Shown in pieces: positions 50,465 to 54,882 of a stretch of 54,882 nt of DNA. How positions within the stretch are numbered: position 1 is the stretch's first letter; every line of letters starts with the position of its first letter. Below the pieces are notes generated by a model. The model ran no database searches. It saw nothing but the letters and a program-made list of their open reading frames with translations, and was not told the DNA's origin. The stretch is taken from the NCBI GenBank assembly GCA_003645535.1, contig QNFP01000001.1, positions 1-54,882 of the forward strand, written 5' to 3'. The position numbers and the translations under genes were made by a program. This DNA comes from Gammaproteobacteria bacterium. Its GTDB lineage: Bacteria > Pseudomonadota > Gammaproteobacteria > Pseudomonadales > Porticoccaceae.

Positions 50465-51437
50465 CTTCACTGTGCAACAACATTGGCCTGTTCGCTTTGG
50501 TATTTTATTAACAGATCCAGCACAAAGGTATGCTGTTAAAACAGTGGTCAGTGAATGCGGATATGAAGTGACGCACTGTAGTGATACACACCTCGCCCAT
50601 GTCACAAAAAATTGCCATGGCGAGGTGAATATTTGGCTGACATCACAAACCATTCCATGTGGAATGCAATATGGCATGCGACATGGAAAGCAGCGTGATT
50701 CATTAGCACAAATTGAGCAGGTATTTATTGAAGAAGTACCTACTCTGGCCACTGCTGAATTTCGCGCCTGGAAACAGTTTTTCAAACTACGGCTGGAGCA
50801 TATCGTTCATAACTATCAACGCAATGCCGGTAATATCCCGGCAAAAGATGTTTGGTTGCTGGCGGCATCCACCGGTGGCCTGACGGCTGTTAAGCAGTTT
50901 TTGTCCCAGGTTAAGCCAACGATGGGTGTAGGCTTTGTGTATGCCCAACATATTGAGGTAGAACAGGCGGGCCAGCTGGTGAAAACTGTGGAAAGGAATA
51001 GTCAGTGGCGCGCGGAAATGGCGAATACAGGAAGATTTGCCGCAGAAGGTTATGTCACGATCATCCCGCCTGAAGAAAAGGTTTCCATAGGTAAAGATGG
51101 AGTACTTGGAATCACCGGTGAAAGCTGGAGTGGGCGCTACAAACCCAGCATAGATGGTATTTGTGTAGAACTGGCGACCTATTATCAGCAATGCTCTGGA
51201 ATGATCGTGTTTACCGGAATGGGCGATGATGGCGTAGCGGGCAGTAAAACAATTAAAGATAGGGGCGGCAATGTTTGGGTCCAGTCACCACAAACCTGCA
51301 CCGCGCCAGCATTACCGGAAGGTGTAATCGCCTACGGTGAATACGATTTTAGTGCCTCTATAGATGAGTTATCTTGCAGATTTAACACCCACATGAGCAC
51401 AGAACGAAGGGCTACAGTCAGTGACCGATCACAGTGA
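50454..51437 (+). CDS. chpB: CheB-like chemoreceptor methylesterase ChpB
   Basis: Catalytic-domain hallmarks LLAASTGG (Ser), VYAQHI (His) and GMGDDG (Asp). The start is uncertain (TTG 50454 overlapping chpA, or GTG 50472). The N-terminal approx 130 aa only weakly resemble a receiver. Confidence 0.85.
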   Translation: MTGSFTVQQHWPVRFGILLTDPAQRYAVKTVVSECGYEVTHCSDTHLAHVTKNCHGEVNIWLTSQTIPCGMQYGMRHGKQRDSLAQIEQVFIEEVPTLATAEFRAWKQFFKLRLEHIVHNYQRNAGNIPAKDVWLLAASTGGLTAVKQFLSQVKPTMGVGFVYAQHIEVEQAGQLVKTVERNSQWRAEMANTGRFAAEGYVTIIPPEEKVSIGKDGVLGITGESWSGRYKPSIDGICVELATYYQQCSGMIVFTGMGDDGVAGSKTIKDRGGNVWVQSPQTCTAPALPEGVIAYGEYDFSASIDELSCRFNTHMSTERRATVSDRSQ

Positions 51438-51921
51438 TGAGCTTCCCCTCGATGGGTTCCTACGGGTCAATGCGCTATTGCTACCAGTGGCGACCACTCC
51501 GCTGCTTGTGCCGATGTCGGCTATCGCAGAAATAGTCAGCGACGACATATCAATAACTCCGTTCGAGGCAAAAGACGAGCGCTTTTATGGCTGGATAAGA
51601 TGGCGCAATCAAACCCTGCCCCTGTTATCGTTTGAGGGCTTGTCTGGTACTACACAGCTACCGTTTACTGCTGCTTCACATATAGTTATTTTGAATGCTA
51701 TAGGGGATGCATCGAAATCCAGTTTTTATGGCCTGGTTCTGCAAGGATTTCCTCGTCGTATTGATATCGCTAATAGCGGTGGCACTCGGCCGATTGAGAA
51801 GCAGAAGGACGTACCAGGTGTACTTTACAATGCAGAGCTTGGCGCGGAGTTAGTGCGGATACCGGATTTCGAATTTCTTGAAATGCTGATCGCAGAGGCT
51901 CCTGCTCCGAACGACGACTAG
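51421..51921 (+). CDS. chpC: CheW-like protein ChpC
   Basis: GTG start overlapping the chpB end by 17 nt. CheW-like core (...YGWIRWRNQTLPLLSFEGL...). Position after chpB. Confidence 0.75.
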   Translation: MTDHSDELPLDGFLRVNALLLPVATTPLLVPMSAIAEIVSDDISITPFEAKDERFYGWIRWRNQTLPLLSFEGLSGTTQLPFTAASHIVILNAIGDASKSSFYGLVLQGFPRRIDIANSGGTRPIEKQKDVPGVLYNAELGAELVRIPDFEFLEMLIAEAPAPNDD

Positions 51922-51947
51922 TAAACGGTCATTCATAAAAGCAGTGT

Positions 51948-51995
51948 TTGCTTACCTCCTTGCTTGCCTCCTTGTTAGCCTCCTTACTGTCCAGC
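51948..51995. repeat. Tandem 12-nt repeat TTGCTTRCCTCC (three good copies plus one degenerate)
   Basis: TTGCTTACCTCC / TTGCTTGCCTCC / TTGTTAGCCTCC / TTACTGTCCAGC, read directly. This repeat produces the LLASLLASLL stretch in the 65-aa track ORF. Confidence 0.9.
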
Positions 51996-52194
51996 GTAAC
52001 AGGGCATCGCAACCAGAGCTGCCTGATCATTTACGTCGGTAGCTGCATCATCCTGTCGAACATGTGCTGTATTAATTTCACCGGCCAACACAACCCCCCC
52101 TTTCCACCTATAGATTCCCTTACGCGGGATGCTGTGTGGAACTGATATGGTAGACTTCCCCGCCGTTGTGACAAACTAATAATAAGGGGACTGG

Positions 52195-53811
52195 GTGATG
52201 CTGGGTGAAATGATGGGCGATTCGTTAACCATAACCTCAATCATGAAATTCGCCAATCGAGTCTTCGCTGACACTCAAATTGTTTCGGTCACAGGTGAGA
52301 ACCCCCGCCATCGCACTACTTTTGGTAAAGCTTTCGCGAGAGCAGGCAAGCTCGCCAACGCGCTGGCAAAACTTGGCTGCGCCCAGGGTGACCGCATTGC
52401 TACCCTGGCGTGGAATGATTACCGCCACTTTGAACTGTATTACGGGATTAGCTGTGCGGGATTCGTGTGCCATACCATAAACCCAAGATTATTTGCCGAG
52501 CAGATTATTTACATAGCCAACCATGCAGAGGATCAGTGGCTGTTTGTGGATCCTGATTTTGTACCAATAGTCGAACAGGTACAGGATCAGTTGACCCATG
52601 TTCGCGGTTATATCCTGTTGTGTGATGAAGCTAATATGCCGCAAACATCATTGGTCAATGCGATGTGCTATGAAGCGATAATAGCTGACGAACCTACAGA
52701 ATATGACTGGCCAGAACTGGATGAAAACAGCGCTTCGAGCCTATGTTATACATCCGGCACTACGGGCAATCCAAAGGGTGTTTTGTATAGCCACCGCAGC
52801 ACCGTATTACACTCTATGGCAGCTAATGCGACAGTAGCTTTGTCTCCAGATGAAGTCCTTTTACCCGTCGTGCCGATGTTTCATGTCAATGCCTGGGGTA
52901 TGGTCTATAGCGCTGCGGCAACCGGTACGAAACTGGTTTTCCCCGGCCCTAAAATGGGTGATGGCGAAACACTGTCGGCATTAATCAACGAAGAAAAAGT
53001 CAGTTTTGCCCTTGGTGTACCAACGGTATGGCTCGCTTTGGTGGATTACCTCGACCAATCGGGCAGCACTGTCGAATCCCTTTGCAAAGTGTTGGTTGGT
53101 GGCGCTGCCTGTCCACTCTCCTTAATGAAGGCTATGGATCGTTACAATGTCTGGATGCATGTAGTCTGGGGAATGACCGAAATGAGCCCTCTGGGAACCT
53201 ATAACGATTTACTACCCTGGATGCATGAACTGCCGGAGGAAGAACAGTACCAATACCGACTCAAGGCTGGGCGCCTGATCTACGGCGTCGAGATGAGAAT
53301 TGTCGATGAAACTGGTAATGAATTAGCCTGGGACGGCAAGACTTCTGGCCGTTTGCTGGTGCGCGGACCCTGGGTGTGCAAAAGCTACTATAAAGTTAAA
53401 GAGTCTGATGCCCACCTGCCTGATGGCTGGTTTGATACTGGTGATGTAGCTACTATTGATCGCTACGGCTATATGCAGATTACTGACCGAACCAAAGACG
53501 TCATCAAATCCGGGGGTGAGTGGATCAGTTCCATTGATGTTGAAAATGCCGCCATGGGTCATCCCGATGTAGCAGAGGCAGCGGTAATTGGTGTGCCGCA
53601 CCCGAAATGGACCGAACGGCCTTTATTAGTGGTGGTAAAAAGACCGGGGAGTGCTCCCGACAAAAAGGATCTGCTCAATTTTCTGATAGGAAAAATTGCC
53701 AAATGGTGGATTCCAGAAGATTGTGTATTTGTCGAGGAAATACCTCATACCGCAACCGGCAAAGTCAGTAAAAAAGATCTCCGTGAGCAATTTAGTGATT
53801 ATCGCTATTAA
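52195..53811 (+). CDS. fadD: Fatty-acid--CoA ligase (AMP-dependent synthetase/ligase)
   Basis: AMP-binding motif YTSGTTGNPKGV. Also TGD.....DG...I.DR.KD.IKSGGE.IS and a C-terminal ...TATGKVSKK. The start is GTG 52195 or ATG 52198. Confidence 0.9.
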   Translation: MMLGEMMGDSLTITSIMKFANRVFADTQIVSVTGENPRHRTTFGKAFARAGKLANALAKLGCAQGDRIATLAWNDYRHFELYYGISCAGFVCHTINPRLFAEQIIYIANHAEDQWLFVDPDFVPIVEQVQDQLTHVRGYILLCDEANMPQTSLVNAMCYEAIIADEPTEYDWPELDENSASSLCYTSGTTGNPKGVLYSHRSTVLHSMAANATVALSPDEVLLPVVPMFHVNAWGMVYSAAATGTKLVFPGPKMGDGETLSALINEEKVSFALGVPTVWLALVDYLDQSGSTVESLCKVLVGGAACPLSLMKAMDRYNVWMHVVWGMTEMSPLGTYNDLLPWMHELPEEEQYQYRLKAGRLIYGVEMRIVDETGNELAWDGKTSGRLLVRGPWVCKSYYKVKESDAHLPDGWFDTGDVATIDRYGYMQITDRTKDVIKSGGEWISSIDVENAAMGHPDVAEAAVIGVPHPKWTERPLLVVVKRPGSAPDKKDLLNFLIGKIAKWWIPEDCVFVEEIPHTATGKVSKKDLREQFSDYRY

Positions 53812-53911
53812 TAGCGGCCTTTGCACGAGAGATGACTTTGCTTTCAAACAGGGCACCGCTAAAAATAATAATTTTTATAAGCGCCCATAAACAACATATG
53901 CAAGGTGAGTC

Positions 53912-54882
53912 ATGTCTGTACCTTTATTAAATGACAGGGATCTGGAATTCCTTTTATACGAACTGCTTGATACCGAGGCTCTACTTACCCGCCCTCGTTA
54001 TCGCGACCATACCCGCGAGGTATTTGATGCCTCCCTGAGGACGGCAAAAACAGTCGCAGAAAAGTATTTTGCTGATCACCTGGTAAAAGGTGATGAAAAT
54101 GAACCCACATTAGAAGACGGTGAAGTCCAGATGATTCCAGAGACCAGGGTCGCCTGGCAGGAATTTACCAGGGCAGGCTTCCTTGCAGCTCACCAGGATT
54201 ACGATGAGGGCGGCATGCAAATGCCTGAGGTACTGGTCAGGGTAATTATGGCCTACATCAACGCTGCCAATATCAGCACCGCAGCTTACCCGTTTATTGC
54301 CATTGGCGTCACCAACCTGTTGCGAGCCTTTGCCTCCACTGAACAGAAAGCCAAGTATTTACCGCTAATCATGGATGGCAGAAGTAATGGCACCATGGCC
54401 CTGACGGAACCAGGTCAGGGTTCGGCCCTGGGTGACATTACCACCATGGCGGAGCCTGCGGCGGACGGCACGTATCGATTGTTTGGGCAAAAAATGTTTA
54501 TTTCCTGCGCAGATCACAATATCGCTGACAACGTGATTCACATGGTACTGGCAAAGATTAAGGGATCGCCCGCAGGCGTAAAAGGCATATCACTGTTTAT
54601 TGTGCCGAAATATCTGGTCAATGAAGATGGCAGCCCCGGCGCACGTAACGATGTAGTAGTAGCTGGGCTCAACCATAAAATGGGCTATCGCAATGCCACT
54701 AACGCGGCGCTTAACTTTGGTGAGGAAGACGGCGCAATTGCTTACCTGGTCGGAGAGGCTAACAAAGGGCTTGGTTACATGTTCCAGATGATGAACGAAG
54801 CCCGTATCGGCGTAGCGCTTGGTGCAGCTGCGCTAGCTTATCAGGGATACAACTATTCACTGGATTATGCACGCCAACGACC
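53912..54882 (+). CDS. Large acyl-CoA dehydrogenase (N-terminal 323 codons; runs off the window)
   Basis: Not in the ORF track because no stop falls in the window. ATG 53912 with AAGGTGAG upstream. Reads MSVPLLNDRDLEFLLYELLDTEAL...TMALTEPGQGSALGDITT...GQKMFIS..DH....NVIHMVLAKI.G.P.GVKGISLFIVPK, typical of approx 590-aa FadE-type ACADs. Confidence 0.85.
   Translation, partial: MSVPLLNDRDLEFLLYELLDTEALLTRPRYRDHTREVFDASLRTAKTVAEKYFADHLVKGDENEPTLEDGEVQMIPETRVAWQEFTRAGFLAAHQDYDEGGMQMPEVLVRVIMAYINAANISTAAYPFIAIGVTNLLRAFASTEQKAKYLPLIMDGRSNGTMALTEPGQGSALGDITTMAEPAADGTYRLFGQKMFISCADHNIADNVIHMVLAKIKGSPAGVKGISLFIVPKYLVNEDGSPGARNDVVVAGLNHKMGYRNATNAALNFGEEDGAIAYLVGEANKGLGYMFQMMNEARIGVALGAAALAYQGYNYSLDYARQR

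Noticed and set aside
51948-52145. 65-aa ORF MLTSLLASLLASLLSSV... that looks like a leucine-repeat peptide.
   Set aside because: The repetitive N-terminus is just the translation of the 12-nt DNA tandem repeat. There is no SD, the start is TTG, and the remainder is Cys/Ile-rich nonsense. It is recorded as a DNA repeat instead.
1-54882. Looked for CRISPR arrays, transposase, integrase or phage genes, defence-system hallmarks, tRNA or rRNA genes, and frameshifted pseudogenes.
   Set aside because: None recognised. Every large ORF has a clear housekeeping or pilus-signalling identity and is intact. Intergenic gaps other than 17304-17954 are short. A tRNA or sRNA scan with proper tools was not possible, so small RNAs cannot be excluded.

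Overview
This 54.9-kb window reads as ordinary core chromosome from a gammaproteobacterium. I could not assign a genus. All calls rest on motif recognition by eye, with no searches or alignments run.

About 50 densely packed, intact genes sit in blocks whose order resembles Pseudomonas/Oceanospirillales-type genomes:
- Minus strand: tkt-epd-pgk-fba.
- Plus strand: a SahR-like regulator followed by metK-ahcY-metF (the complete activated-methyl cycle), then rsmE.
- An MFS transporter, an acyl-CoA dehydrogenase and a lipoprotein FKBP.
- Minus strand: dsbB, acpH, gshA.
- rho-trxA facing ppx.
- Minus strand: hemW-rdgB-DUF4426-metW-metX-yggU-yggT-proC-yggS, diverging from pilT-pilU.
- Minus strand: ruvX-yqgE-tonB3-gshB, diverging from the complete Pil-Chp twitching chemosensory operon pilG-pilH-pilI-pilJ-pilK-chpA-chpB-chpC.
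- fadD and a long acyl-CoA dehydrogenase at the right edge.

I recognised no rRNA, tRNA, CRISPR array, transposase, integrase or phage genes.

Two modules look least explained.
1. At 17955-20539, an HMG-CoA-synthase/PhlA-like domain apparently lacking its nucleophile Cys is fused to a DUF35 zinc-ribbon/OB fold and followed by an intact SCP-x-type thiolase. It has a 650-nt ORF-free leader upstream and a 41-bp tandem repeat downstream.
2. At 24373-27670, a DedA/TVP38 membrane domain is fused to a CxxxxC flavoprotein disulfide reductase. It is translationally coupled to an ArsM-like methyltransferase that ends in a vicinal Cys-Cys.

Smaller oddities:
- An acidic DFEP-repeat tail on PilJ.
- A ChpB N-terminus that looks like a degenerate receiver.
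- A shortened ChpA.
- Several short tandem or inverted repeats in intergenic gaps.

Many track ORFs carry spurious N-terminal extensions or are antisense shadows of real genes. Starts were re-chosen where the sequence allowed.
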